Shown: in pieces, positions 20,382-30,951 of the stretch | Position numbering within the stretch: the stretch's first letter is position 1 | Layout of the letters: every line of letters begins with the position of its first letter | Origin: an uncultured Phycisphaerales bacterium | GTDB lineage: Bacteria; Planctomycetota; Phycisphaerae; Tepidisphaerales; Tepidisphaeraceae | Reading direction: 5' to 3' | DNA length: 64,000 nucleotides | Assembly (NCBI GenBank): GCA_963755915.1 | Contig: CAVWLP010000002.1 | Location: 1,312,001 to 1,376,000 of the forward strand | Translations under genes and position numbers: made by a program | Notes under the pieces: generated by a model | What the model was told of the DNA's origin: nothing | Database searches by the model: none | The model's input: only the letters and a program-made list of their open reading frames with translations

Positions 20382-21883
20382 TTATGGGTGATCGAAGTTG
20401 TAGACGTTTTCGCTGTTGGTGAAAATCTTCAGCACCTGCGCGGCCTGAACAGGATTCCCGCTCCCGTCCACAAGATTGCAGAAACCGCCCAGGTTGTTGT
20501 TCCCGAATCCATTTGTGGTTCCATCGGGCCCATTGGGGCCGGCGGAAACCAAAATGTAGGGGCCGTCATAGTTGAGTTTGGCGCCTCCCGTAATCGCGTT
20601 TTGGAACGAGCCTGAGGCATCAGTGTCGCCAAGCATCCATTGGAGGGCGTACTGGGGGCAAAAGGTATTGCCCGTGGTTGTTGGATCCGGCCACGTTTGT
20701 TCGTAGAGCGTGGGGCTGTTCGCGGCGATGGGATTAGACCAGGCAATAGATGTGTTGGCAGATGGAGAGAAACACGGCGCAGCGTCGCGGAAGTCGTAAA
20801 TGGCGTATTGGCCTTTGCTGTTTGCATCCACGGATTTTGGCTCGGTGTAGCCATAGAGCGGGCCGGCGGCTACCGAAGTGTTGGGGCTGGCGTAGGCGGA
20901 GGAGTCGGCGGTGCGATTACTCACGGGGCCATAGCGTGGGAAGTACTGGATGACCTGGCCCCAGCGGTCAAGGATGACGGGTTCGCCAGCGGGGCCGAGG
21001 ACACTACTGATAGGCCCTCCGGTAGAACTCCCTGGAATAAAGGCGACTTTAAAGTTGTCAGAGGACAGATAATTCGGAGTGACCTTACCGGTCGGGAGCT
21101 TAACCAGATATTTGTCGGTTGCGAAATGAAGTGTTGGGCCGAAGACGGGCTGGGCCTTAAGGACCAATTGATCGGGATAAAGGGTTTGGTTCACATAGAA
21201 TCCAACGGTCTCTTCATATGGGGTTCCCACGGAAAGCGTGACCGAGCCGGTTTGGTTTAAGGTCATATTTGCGACCTGCGGTGGGAATCCAGACACCGTT
21301 ATTGTGTACGGGGCGTCGTGAAGTTCACACTGCTCACGGCATATGCAGGGTTGCCGGTGTTGAAGCCAATATTCACGGATTGAGCGGCGAAGCCGAGGCC
21401 GTCGGCACCGTCACCGAGTTCATAGACTTCAACGTTTGGGGAGATCTGGATGGTCTGCGTTGACAGGGGGCCAGGCCCGATGAGGGCGGACGCAAGGGTG
21501 AGGTAGATTGGAGCGGGCGTATTCGTGGGACCATTTGGCCCGGTTTGATAAACATTCCAAGTGGGCAGGACCGTATTGCGCGGATAGTCCCCAAAATCCG
21601 CTTTGTATTGCTCCAGCGCGGCCGAAATGGTCTGGAAATCAGCCTTCTGCCCAGTGATCTGGGCGGCGACGCGCATATGGTTGACGGCCGGAAGAAGAAG
21701 CCCCGCAAGGATCGCGATAATGCCGACGACCACGATCAGCTCGATCATGGTGAAGGCGGTGATTCGCGCAGTCGTGGTCCCATCGGAAACCGGCCCCCTC
21801 CCCAACCCTCCCCCGGAGTACCAGGGGCGGGGGAATTTAATGAAGGCGTAGGATCTAACTTTTACGCGCGTGTTATTCGGCAT
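20382..21883 (-). CDS. Prepilin-type N-terminal cleavage/methylation (GspG-like) protein, frameshift near 21300
   Basis: AFTMIELIVVVGIIAILAGLLLP; ALEQYKADFGDYP; C-terminal LDRWGQ..SAGPNG. Confidence 0.85.
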
Positions 21884-21942
21884 TCAGAAATTCCGGTAGG
21901 CCCTCACCCCTGCCCTCTCCATGGGGACAGGGAGAGGGGGGA
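21793..21942. repeat. Two palindromic CCCTC..GAGGG elements (21793-21833 in the prepilin leader; 21901-21942 upstream)
   Basis: ccccctccccaaccctcccccggagtaccaggggcgggg; ccctcacccctgccctctcc..gggagaggggg. Confidence 0.75.
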
Positions 21943-21990
21943 AAACGAGGGAACTCACACTATAAAGATTCGCCTTGTCCGGGGGTTTCG

Positions 21991-22929
21991 TCAATGGATC
22001 ATTCGATATTGCTCGACTGTCAGGTTTGCCGCCGCCGTGGCGGCGGTTTTGAACGGCTCCGGCTCATTCTCCAGGTTTTGCAGAAATCGGGGGGCGGCAA
22101 GCTGGTCGGCCCGGCGGGCCGCATTGAAACGATATCTCCCCAGCTTCAGAATCGCCTCCACCCGCAACATCCGCTCCTGCGATTTGAGGGCAAACCGAAA
22201 AACGTCCCCCGCGTTGGTCGCGATCTTTTGCAGGTCCACGCTGGCCAGAACGTCGTAGATCGGCCGAACCGTGTTCTGATCGAAATTCGCCAGCGCCGTT
22301 TCCTGGTCCTGAAGCGTTTGCGACGCGGCCGCGTCTTTCGACTCTAGCTCAGCCAGCCCCGCCAGCGACCCGTCCATCAGCTTCAGCCCGGCGGAATATT
22401 CGTCATAGTCCACCCGCTCGCCAAGTAGATTCAGCCCCATTGCGTAAGCGGCCAGGAGAAACTGCTTGGCGTCGTCCGGTTTGCCGGCCCGGGCCAGGAG
22501 AATCGCGGCGCCTTGCATCTGCTGCCCGATGAGCACGAGGTTGTCGAGGTCGGGATGATCGGACTGGTAGTCGATGATCTTGCCCGGATCCCTGGCAAAC
22601 AGATTCATCTGCGAAAGATGGGCGGCGTCGAGAATATCCTGGATGGGAGCCGGCGGCGGTCCCACCGGGTTGCGCGCGTAGTCGTCGCAGGCGTCGGAGT
22701 TGTCCTCGTACCCGGCCAAGGCCGCGGCATATTTATCCCCCGCGTTGCCCGGCTGATCTTGCGCGACGATCGCCGGCGCGGGCGGAGAGAGTGGCGCGAG
22801 ATTTTTTTCCTCCAGCGACAGCGCCGTCGGGTCGGTGATCTGCATCTCGTTGTGCAGCCCCACCGCAACCAGAACCGCGACGAGAAGCATCGCAACGGAG
22901 ATTCGCAGGCCCAGGGCGTTGCCGAACAT
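21991..22929 (-). CDS. Hypothetical membrane-anchored helical protein
   Basis: 312-aa ORF with N-terminal hydrophobic segment; no family recognised. Confidence 0.65.
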   Translation of the reverse strand: MFGNALGLRISVAMLLVAVLVAVGLHNEMQITDPTALSLEEKNLAPLSPPAPAIVAQDQPGNAGDKYAAALAGYEDNSDACDDYARNPVGPPPAPIQDILDAAHLSQMNLFARDPGKIIDYQSDHPDLDNLVLIGQQMQGAAILLARAGKPDDAKQFLLAAYAMGLNLLGERVDYDEYSAGLKLMDGSLAGLAELESKDAAASQTLQDQETALANFDQNTVRPIYDVLASVDLQKIATNAGDVFRFALKSQERMLRVEAILKLGRYRFNAARRADQLAAPRFLQNLENEPEPFKTAATAAANLTVEQYRMIH

Positions 22930-22989
22930 GATGATTAGTGTAGCAAATAAACAGGCGCGAGCCGCCAGCTAAATGCTGCCCTGCTTTTT

Positions 22990-23059
22990 CCCCCGCCCCC
23001 GGTATTCCGGCCTTCGGCTCTGAGGCTTGCTCGAAGAGGGGAGGGAAGGGGAGGGGGGG
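22990..23059. repeat. Palindromic element near-identical to the carB insert
   Basis: cccggtattccggccttcggctctgaggct-tgctcgaagagggg matches the reverse complement of 5436-5505. Confidence 0.85.
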
Positions 23060-23086
23060 CTTTCCAACTGGCGACTTGCAACTCAT

Positions 23087-24550
23087 TCACTTCGTCAATA
23101 CCACGATACGGGTGTCGCCGGGCCAGGAGGATTGCGGTTGGACAATGAGGGATTTCGCGGCCGCGGGATTTGGGGACGAAGACGTGAGCTCCTGAAGAAC
23201 TTGCAGGGCGAGGGGATGACGCTGCCATTGCGGGACTGTGACCTTAAGCGGCGTGTTTGGCCCATACTGGGCGATCTGCCGGACCGCGGCGAGCTGGTTA
23301 GAGAGCGTGAGGCCGTATTCGTCGGATGGCGTTCCGCCATTTTTGGCGATTGTGGCGGCGACAATGAACGTACAGATCACCAGGAGTGACGCCTGGAAGC
23401 CGAATAAGGCGGTCGCGAAACTTCGCGTGAGAACCTGAAGGCGTTGAATTGCGATCCACGCAAAGAAAATGTAGACGACCCAGGTGGGGTTGAAATAGTC
23501 CGGAGCGAAGGAGATGCGTGAAAGGCCGTCCAGAAAAACCTGCGCGACAAAGACACCCCACCCGATGAGACAGACATGGTCCACTGGCTGGGCAAGATTG
23601 GAAGCAAGTGCCCGACGCGCGTGCGGCAGGCCCAAAATCATGCCGATCCACACGGCCGGAAGCGCGATGAAGAGCGTGATAAACCGGGCGATGGTTATGA
23701 AACCAATGAACAGGCTGGGGGCAGCCTCCTGCCACCCGTCCCCCGGCATGATCCTTCCCAGGCCCAGGGTGAGTTCCTGACCCCCGTAAAGCGGATAGAC
23801 CCAGCCGATCCACGCGGGGTTGGGCGAGACGTGCCCCAGGTGCGTGTAATTCCATAGATAATACCAGTACGGCCAGGAGATGATCGCAAGGAGGAGCGTG
23901 AGGAGGATGATCGCGATCGCGGCAGCGTCTAGTTTCTTGATGTACCGTCGCCCGAAAATCAGCAGGTGTACAGCAAGAGGGACAATCAGCGCCAGGCTCA
24001 TGAAATGGATCAGCAGCATCATGAACCCGCAGAGAATCGACAGCGCCGCCGGCCACGCCCGGCGCGTCAGGAGAAAATCAGCGTAAGCGGCCAGCGTCAT
24101 CGCGCACAGCGGGACGCACAGATCGTTGTCCCACAGTTGTCGCGCATAGATCCAGAGCCAGGGCGAAGTCATGGTGAGAACGGCCAGCCACGGCGTGCAG
24201 CCAAGGGTCCGGCAGAGCCACAGCAGCGCGACGGCGCTCACCGCAGCGCACAGAAATGCCCGGATCGCCAGCATGGTGATCGGATCGCGCGTGAAGCGGA
24301 GGAAGATCTGGTCCGTCCACGCCGGCAGGGGCCCGTAGCGAGCGCCCACCGTGCCCACCAGCCCATAAGGGCAGGGCGTAAACGGGAGATGCAAGCCGTA
24401 GAGGTTGCCGGCCGCATGGTTGTATCGGAGGGCATATTCCATCAGGATGGCTTCGTCATTGACGAACGGCCCATCGCCCGGACGAATGACCGTGAGGATT
24501 ACCAGGACCGCGATCGCGGCAATGGGCCAGGGGCGAAGAGACGAGTTCAT
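23087..24550 (-). CDS. Multi-TM GT-C-like membrane protein (ArnT-like)
   Basis: PFVNDE loop after TM1, YGPLPAW, SPWLWIYARQLWDN, many TM segments. Confidence 0.65.
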   Translation of the reverse strand: MNSSLRPWPIAAIAVLVILTVIRPGDGPFVNDEAILMEYALRYNHAAGNLYGLHLPFTPCPYGLVGTVGARYGPLPAWTDQIFLRFTRDPITMLAIRAFLCAAVSAVALLWLCRTLGCTPWLAVLTMTSPWLWIYARQLWDNDLCVPLCAMTLAAYADFLLTRRAWPAALSILCGFMMLLIHFMSLALIVPLAVHLLIFGRRYIKKLDAAAIAIILLTLLLAIISWPYWYYLWNYTHLGHVSPNPAWIGWVYPLYGGQELTLGLGRIMPGDGWQEAAPSLFIGFITIARFITLFIALPAVWIGMILGLPHARRALASNLAQPVDHVCLIGWGVFVAQVFLDGLSRISFAPDYFNPTWVVYIFFAWIAIQRLQVLTRSFATALFGFQASLLVICTFIVAATIAKNGGTPSDEYGLTLSNQLAAVRQIAQYGPNTPLKVTVPQWQRHPLALQVLQELTSSSPNPAAAKSLIVQPQSSWPGDTRIVVLTK

Positions 24551-24661
24551 CCGGCCATAGATGATACCGGCACGCCTAATGAATTCGCCTCCCGCAGATT
24601 TTCCCCATTCGCGTCCGAAAACCGCCAGACATTCGCGATCTTTGGCAATATGGTTATCGAT

Positions 24662-26280
24662 ATGGAACTCGACCCCATGGAACTCGATCCCGCCATTTGC
24701 TATCGCGCCGTCCTCGCCCGCGATGCCCGCTACGACGGCCGGTTCTTCACCTGCGTGAAGACCACCGGCATCTATTGCCGGCCCATCTGCCCCGCCCGCC
24801 CGCCGAAGCTTTCCAACTGCATCTTCGTCCCCACCGCCGCCGCCGCTCAGGCCGCCGGCTTCAGGCCCTGTCTCCGCTGCCGGCCGGAAAGTTCCCCAAC
24901 CCTCGACGCCTGGCGGGGCACGGAGGCCACCGTCTCCCGGGCCCTGCGAATGATCGAAACCGGCGCCATGGACGATGCCGATGTCGAGGCCCTCGCTGAG
25001 CGCCTCGAGATCGGCCCGCGCCAGCTTCGGCGGCTTTTCCAAAAACACATCGGCGCCGCGCCCGTCACCGTCGCACAAACCCGCCGAGTCCTCCTCGCCA
25101 AGCAGCTCATTCACCAGACCAGGCTCTCCATGATCGAAATCGCCATGGCCAGCGGCTTCGGCAGCGTGCGACGATTCAACGAAACCTTTCAGCAAATGTA
25201 CGGCCGCCCCCCGCGCGACCTCCGCCGCGGCGCCGGCGCTTCCCCCGCGCCCGAGATTTCCCTCCTCCTGCCCTATCGAGCCCCCTACGACTGGGACGCC
25301 ATGATCCGCTTCCTTTCCGCCCGAGCGATCGAAGGCCTGGAACTGGTAAAAGATGACGCCTATAGCCGCGTCGTGGAAACCGCTTCATCCGCCGGCTCCC
25401 TCACCGTCACTCATGAGCCCCGCGCGTTTGCCTTGCGTGTCGTCGTCCGCCTCGCCGACCTTCGCGCCCTGCGGACGATCATCGCCCGGGTCAGGCGTCT
25501 GTTTGACCTCGGTGCCGATCCAGGCGCGATCGCCGCCGTCTTATCGCGCGACCCAATGCTCCAGCCGCTGGTCGCCGCCAGGCCCGGCCTGCGCGTGCCG
25601 GGCGGCTGGGACGGATTCGAAACCGCCGTTCGCGCCGTGCTGGGCCAGCAGATCACCGTGAAAGCCGCCACCCAACTCGCCGGAAAACTCGTCGCTTCCC
25701 TCGGTCCCCAGATCAGCGATCGCGCTGGACTGCCCGGATTGACTCATGGTTTCCCGCCCCCGGAGAAATTTGATGCGACCAGCCTCGCATCGCTGGGTAT
25801 TCCTCGCGCCCGGGCCGCCGCCCTCGCCGGATTGGCCCAGGCCGTCAGGCGTGATCCCAACCTCTTTGAGCCGCGGCGCGATCTCGCCGACGCCGTCTCG
25901 CGCCTGACCGAGCTCCCCGGCATCGGCCCCTGGAGCGCACAGTACATTGCCATGCGCGTGCTCGGCGAATGCGACGCCTTCCCAGCCGCGGACATCGGAT
26001 TACGACGGCACTTTGAAGCCTGCGGCTTGCCCTCCTCGGATACAGACCTCATCCGCCGCGCCCAGCGCCGGCGCCCTGGCGCGCCTACGCCACCCTGCAT
26101 CTTTGGATGGCCGATCACCAGCCCCAGCGAATTGCCAAACAGCTTCCAAATAGACGACCACCATTCTCGAATTCCCCCCGCCCCCGGTACTCCGGGGGAG
26201 GGCAGGGGAGGGGGTCCGAAGGTTCGAGAATCGCGCCCGCCAATTCAGCAAAGGAGACCCATCATGCAATTTCGGCTTGA
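24662..26280 (+). CDS. alkA: Ada-AlkA fusion (Ada Zn domain, AraC HTH, AlkA_N, HhH glycosylase), frameshift near 26075
   Basis: RDARYDGRFFTCVKTTGIYCRPIC, GFRPCLRCRP, AVLGQQITV, LPGIGPWSAQYIAMR; RPWRAYATLHLW in shifted frame; end coordinate uncertain. Confidence 0.9.
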
Positions 26281-26796
26281 AAAATCTGCGCCCCCGTTTG
26301 TGAATTGACGCTAATCACCGACGACGACGGAATTCTCCGGGCCCTTGATTTCGACGGCCACGAGCCGCGAATGCGCCGGCTCCTCCGCGACCACTACGGC
26401 CACTGCGATCTCTCCCGCGGCCCCGCCCCCAAATCCCTCCTGCGCGCTCTCGACGCCTATTTCGCCGGCGAGATCCATGCACTCGACGACGTGCCCGCCC
26501 AAACCGCCGGAACGGAATTCCAACGCCGCGTCTGGCGCGCACTTCGAGAAATCCCCGCCGGCCAGACGCGAAGTTACGGCCAGATCGCCGAGAAGATCGG
26601 CTCCCCCGGCGCCAGCCGCGCCGTCGGCGCCGCCAACGGCGCCAATCCCGTCGCCATCGTCGTCCCCTGCCACCGCGTCATCGGCGCCGACGGCACCCTC
26701 ACCGGCTTCGGCGGCGGCCTCCCCCGCAAACGCTGGCTCCTCGACCACGAACGCCGCCACGCCAGGGCCGATCTCTTCAGCGCGGCCGCGACCTAG
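26264..26796 (+). CDS. ogt: Methylated-DNA-protein-cysteine methyltransferase, frameshift near 26297
   Basis: GTEFQRRVW, RAVGAANGANP, active-site VPCHRVIG; AAGGAG RBS before ATG 26264. Confidence 0.93.
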
Positions 26797-26879
26797 GCAA
26801 CGCTGCGACCCTGTTGAACATTCCCCGCCGATGGATACCATTTCCTCTCCGCTGTTTTCGATCGAAATCGGCGCGGTTC

Positions 26880-26952
26880 GGGCAGATAGCTCAGTTGGTA
26901 GAGCAATGGACTGAAAATCCATGTGTCGCCGGTTCAATTCCGGCTCTGCCCA
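26880..26952 (+). tRNA. tRNA-Phe (GAA)
   Basis: Acceptor GGGCAGA/TCTGCCC, D arm AGCTCAGTTGGTAGAGC, anticodon arm ATGGA-CTGAAAA-TCCAT, T loop GGTTCAATTCC; no encoded CCA. Confidence 0.97.
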
Positions 26953-26973
26953 ATTTTGCCGCAAGGCAAAATT
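26952..26973 (+). terminator. Hairpin directly after tRNA-Phe
   Basis: aattttgcc-gcaa-ggcaaaatt perfect stem with GCAA tetraloop; no clear U tract. Confidence 0.45.
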
Positions 26974-27088
26974 AGAGCAGTAGAGCAGTAGAACAGTAGA
27001 GGGGAAGAAAAATCAAGAAATTGGGGGGCGCCTGGACGGCAAGAACGCCGCTCCACTGCGGTCTACTGATCTACTGTTCTACTGCTCT
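26974..27088. repeat. Inverted array of 8-mers (AGAGCAGT)n ... (CTACTGNT)n
   Basis: agagcagtagagcagtagaacagtag and ctactgatctactgttctactgctct. Confidence 0.8.
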
Positions 27089-27126
27089 TCTTCGCATTTC
27101 ATCCGGGATGCCCGAAGGACCCCTCA

Positions 27127-27999
27127 TTGCCCTTCAACATCGTCCATGTCCAGCCCCCGGGAATCGACGCCACGATGGGCCACCACGACATCGCCCGCCT
27201 GCTCTTTTTCTCCTTCGAATCACTCGGCCACGAAGTAACTCTGCGAATCAACAAAATCGACCCCAAAGCCATCAACATCATCGTCGGCTACGAACGCCTC
27301 GCCTCGATCCCGCCCGCTTCCGTCGCCTCCTGCATCCCCTATCAGCTCGAGCAACTTGGAACCCGCGAAGAATCCATCCCCGAAAATATCCGCGAAATTT
27401 ACCGCGGAGCGAAGGAAGTCTGGGATTACGACCCGCACAACATCGAGGTGCTTAAAAGCATCGGCATCACCAACGTCAAATTCCTCCCGCTGGCCTATCA
27501 CCAGAAGCTCGCCACGATTTGCCGCACCCTTGAGGACATCGACGTTCTCTTTTACGGCATCATGACCGATCGCCGCCGAGCGATCATCGAGGAGCTGCGC
27601 CCCAAAGTCCGCACGCTGGCCCTCGAATACGTCTACGGCCCTGAGCGCGACAAGTGGATCGCCCGATCCAAAATCGTCCTCAACATCCATCAATACGAAA
27701 CCCAATTGGCCGAGCAGGTTCGGGTAAGTTACCTGCTGAACAACGCCAAATGCGTGGTGAGCGAAAATTCGCAGTGGGATCCGCTGGGACAATGGTGCGC
27801 CCTGACGCCGTATGAGGGATTGGTGGACACCTGTCTGACGCTGGTCGCGGATAATTCCCAGCGGGAGGGGATCATAAGCGCAGTGCGCGAAGGCTATGGC
27901 CAAACGTCGATGGTGGAGAATCTACGAAAAGTGCTGGAGACCGAACGCCCAACGTCATCGCAAGCGCCCCCATTTAGAGCATTTTCATTTATCATGTAG
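27127..27999 (+). CDS. Glycosyltransferase-like protein (GT-B; 3' end overlapped by IS630)
   Basis: EVWDY, DIDVLFYG, RSKIVLNIH, RVSYLLNNAKCVVSE motifs. Confidence 0.7.
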   Translation: MPFNIVHVQPPGIDATMGHHDIARLLFFSFESLGHEVTLRINKIDPKAINIIVGYERLASIPPASVASCIPYQLEQLGTREESIPENIREIYRGAKEVWDYDPHNIEVLKSIGITNVKFLPLAYHQKLATICRTLEDIDVLFYGIMTDRRRAIIEELRPKVRTLALEYVYGPERDKWIARSKIVLNIHQYETQLAEQVRVSYLLNNAKCVVSENSQWDPLGQWCALTPYEGLVDTCLTLVADNSQREGIISAVREGYGQTSMVENLRKVLETERPTSSQAPPFRAFSFIM

Positions 28000-29008
28000 C
28001 GTATACCCTGTGTGCCTGAAGAAACCTTCGCAGTCGGAGGCGGTGACCGCGGCCAGTGCTTCCTCCACCGCTTGGCCCAATGTCTCCACCGTCCGGGCCG
28101 CCAGTGAACGAAGCTTCTGCTTCACCTTGGACCACATCGGTTCGATGGGGCTGAAGTCGGGACTGTACGGCGGCAGATACAGCAGACGGGCCCCCGTGGC
28201 CTCGATCGCCTGGCGAATCCCGCTGACTTTGTGGGATTGCAGATTATCCATGATCACCACCTGCCCGGGCCGCAGCGTGAGGACCAGGGCGTCCTGGACA
28301 AAGTTGCGGAAGATCTCGCCATCGCAAGGAGCGTCGACGGTCACGGCGGTTTGAACGCCGCGAAGCGTCATGGCCGCGATGATGGTCAGCACCTTCCAAT
28401 GCCCATGCGGCACGGCGCTGACCAGACGATCGGACCTGAGGCATCGTCCACGCGTCCGCATCATGTTGGTCACGGCGCAGCTTTCATCGATCACCACAAG
28501 GTTTTTCAGCGGTATGTCCTTCAACTGCTCGAACCAGACTGCCCGCTGCGCCTGGACGTCGGGCCGCTCCTGTTCGGCGGCGTGGACCGACTTTTTTTAA
28601 AAGAGAACTTCTGCTTCCGCAGCGCCATCCACAACGCGCCGATGCTGATGCCGATTCCCAATTCCGTTTTGAGCCGGTGTCTCAGTTCCTCCAACGTCGC
28701 ATCGGGCTGACGACGCACCTTCTCCAGCAGCCAATCACGAGCGGCCTGATCCAGCTTGGGTTTGGCGCCGGAATGGGCCGCGGCTCGATGCTGCCGTCTT
28801 CCCGGCGACGTTGTTTTAAACGTCGCACCCATGCCGGCGACACTTCGAATTGCTCCGCGACTTTTTTGGTGGGCTGGCCCCCATCGCACGCGGCCAGAAC
28901 TCGCTTACGAAGATCCAAAGAATACGCTTCCATGCCGACGATCTCCTGTCGGCATTTAACTTATCGCATCCTTGCCGCTGGCGCTAGAGGCTACGTGAAA
29001 ATGCTCTA
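27975..29008 (-). mobile_element. IS630 family insertion sequence
   Basis: Terminal inverted repeats TAGAGCATTTTCA / TGAAAATGCTCTA including flanking TA; encloses the transposase. Confidence 0.93.
27985..28933 (-). CDS. IS630 transposase (HTH and DDE in separate frames)
   Basis: MEAYSLDLRKRV..PDATLEEL; IDES, MDNLQSHK, YLPPYSPDFSPIEPMWSKVK; TTTTAAAAAAAG slippery site at ~28590-28602 on the minus strand; extra shift near 28780. Confidence 0.93.
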
Positions 29009-29108
29009 GCGGCAACTCCCATAGGGTAGCGCCCGCCTTGGGTGCCGCCGGTGTCCTCACCGGCGGAATTCAAAGCCCGAAACTCATACCATGGATCCAG
29101 CCACCGCA

Positions 29109-29255
29109 ATGATCATGACCCAAAACCCAGCGCCTGCTGCTCCGACTTTTTCGCATTCTGGGGCCACGGCTTCGCCACCGAAGCCGCGACGGCAGTGCGG
29201 GACTACGGGTTCAAGACGCAGAACCTATCCAGAATGATCGCGATCATCGACTCCC
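29109..29255 (+). pseudogene. RimJ/RimL-type GNAT remnant
   Basis: N-terminal TQRLLLR joined directly to C-terminal FWGHGFATEAATAVRDYGF..RMIAIID; middle missing. Confidence 0.65.
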
Positions 29256-29285
29256 CCGCTGGCATTATTTTCCCCTTTCACACTT

Positions 29286-30938
29286 TCAAACCTTCACACC
29301 TTCGCACCATTCCCTCCACATCTGCCGATAGACAGCCTCAATATTCCTCGCGAACCGCGCCCCATCCATCAGCGCCGACCCTCGCATGCGCGGCCGAATC
29401 GTCCGCCGGATCTCCGCAAGTCGTGGCAGATCGTCGGCCAGCTCGACCGCAATCTTCACAAACTCCTTCGGCGTACGCGCGATCAGCTCCGTCATCCCAA
29501 GATTCGTCAGTTGCGACACCCCCGCCCGCCCGGTCGCCATTTGCCCCGCAAGCGTAATCACCGGAACCCCCATCCAGCACGAGTCGAGACTGGTCGTGTG
29601 GCCGTTATACGGAAACGCGTCCAGCCCAAGGTCGATCTTGTGATATTGCTCCAGATATTTCCCGCGCGGCACGAAGGTGGCGAACTCAATCCGCCCCGCA
29701 TCGACTCCCTGCGACCCAAAAACGCTCAGCAGAGATTGCCGGTGAGCCCCCTCCGGACAAAGGATTATCAACCGCGAGCGAGGCACGTCTGCCAACACGT
29801 GCGCCCACAGTCGCAGAACCTGATCATTTATCTTGATGAAATCATTGAGGCACCCGAAGGTCACGCACCCGCCCGTTTGCGCCGGCAGCGTCGAAATGGG
29901 AAGATCGCCGTCCAGCGGATCGTAACACCAGAAGGTTTCCGGCAGTCGAATAGTCTTCTCCGCATAGAACTCGTCCCCCACACCCGGCGGATCGAGATGC
30001 GGATCCGAAAGCCGATAATCCATCGCCGAAAGTCCCGTCGTCCCCGGATACGCCAGCCACGCAACCTGCACCGGCGCCGGCTTTGCGCAAAGATCAGCAG
30101 CCGTCCGCCCGCCATATGCATCGTCAGATCGACGAGAATATCGATCCGGTCCTCGCGGATCCGCCGCGCGGCATCCGCGTCGCTGAGCGCGGTGATCTCC
30201 CGCCACTGGTCGGCATAACCGCGAATCTGCTCAGTGAACGGTCCAGGATGCGTGACGGATGAATAGCAGAATATCTCGAAGTTCCCGTGATCGTGATTGG
30301 AAAAGAGTGGAATCGTAAAAAGCGTCTGGCAATGCTCCCGGAAATTTGGCGAGACGTACCCGATGCGCAGCCGTCGATCGGGATTGCGATCGTTAAGGTG
30401 TGGCTCGATGAATTTCGCCAGCGGCGCCGCAAACTGCCGCTCCCATTTGCGCGTTTCCCCGAGCACCATCGCGGCATTTGCCGAAGGATGAAACGGCAGA
30501 GCGAAGATCAGATTTTCATACGCGTACAACAGATTCGGATTGAGTCGGATCGCCTCGCGGAAACAAGGGATGGCTTCGTCGAGCCGCCCAGCGTTTCGCA
30601 GAGCTTTGCCCAGGTTTGCGTGGGCCTCCGCATAGTCGGGCTTGAGGCGGATCGCCTGGCGATACGCGGCCATCGCGTCGTCAAGCTTGTCCATCCCCTG
30701 AAGCGAGATACCCAGGTTGTACCAGCCTTCGGGAAAGGGCCGCGCATCGAGGGCGCGGCGGATGAGATCAATCGATTCACTCGTTCGCCCCGCCTGCGCC
30801 GCGAGCACGCCAAGAAGATTCAATGCGTCGGAATTATTAGGCTCGCGCCAGAACCTCCCGGTAGATCCGTTCCGCCTCACCGAGCCGCCCCGCCTGGTGA
30901 TGTGCGACTGCGGCGGCCAATTGCTGCTGAATCTCCAT
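29286..30938 (-). CDS. TPR plus GT41 (SPINDLY/OGT-like) glycosyltransferase, frameshifts near 30845 and 30090
   Basis: RLRIGYVSPNFREH, DRIDILVDL, PAPVQVAWLAYPGTTGL, TFGCLN..KIN, DLGLDAFPYNGHTTS..WMGVPVITL. Confidence 0.9.
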
Positions 30939-30951
30939 CGAATCTTTCGCG

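Noticed and set aside
24662-24691. 15-bp tandem duplication at the alkA start (MELDPMELDP)
   Set aside because: Real but minor; it only makes the start codon ambiguous
23087-26308. Two long overlapping antisense ORFs (702 and 780 aa)
   Set aside because: Upstream extensions in GC-rich DNA; the real divergent starts are near 24550 and 24662
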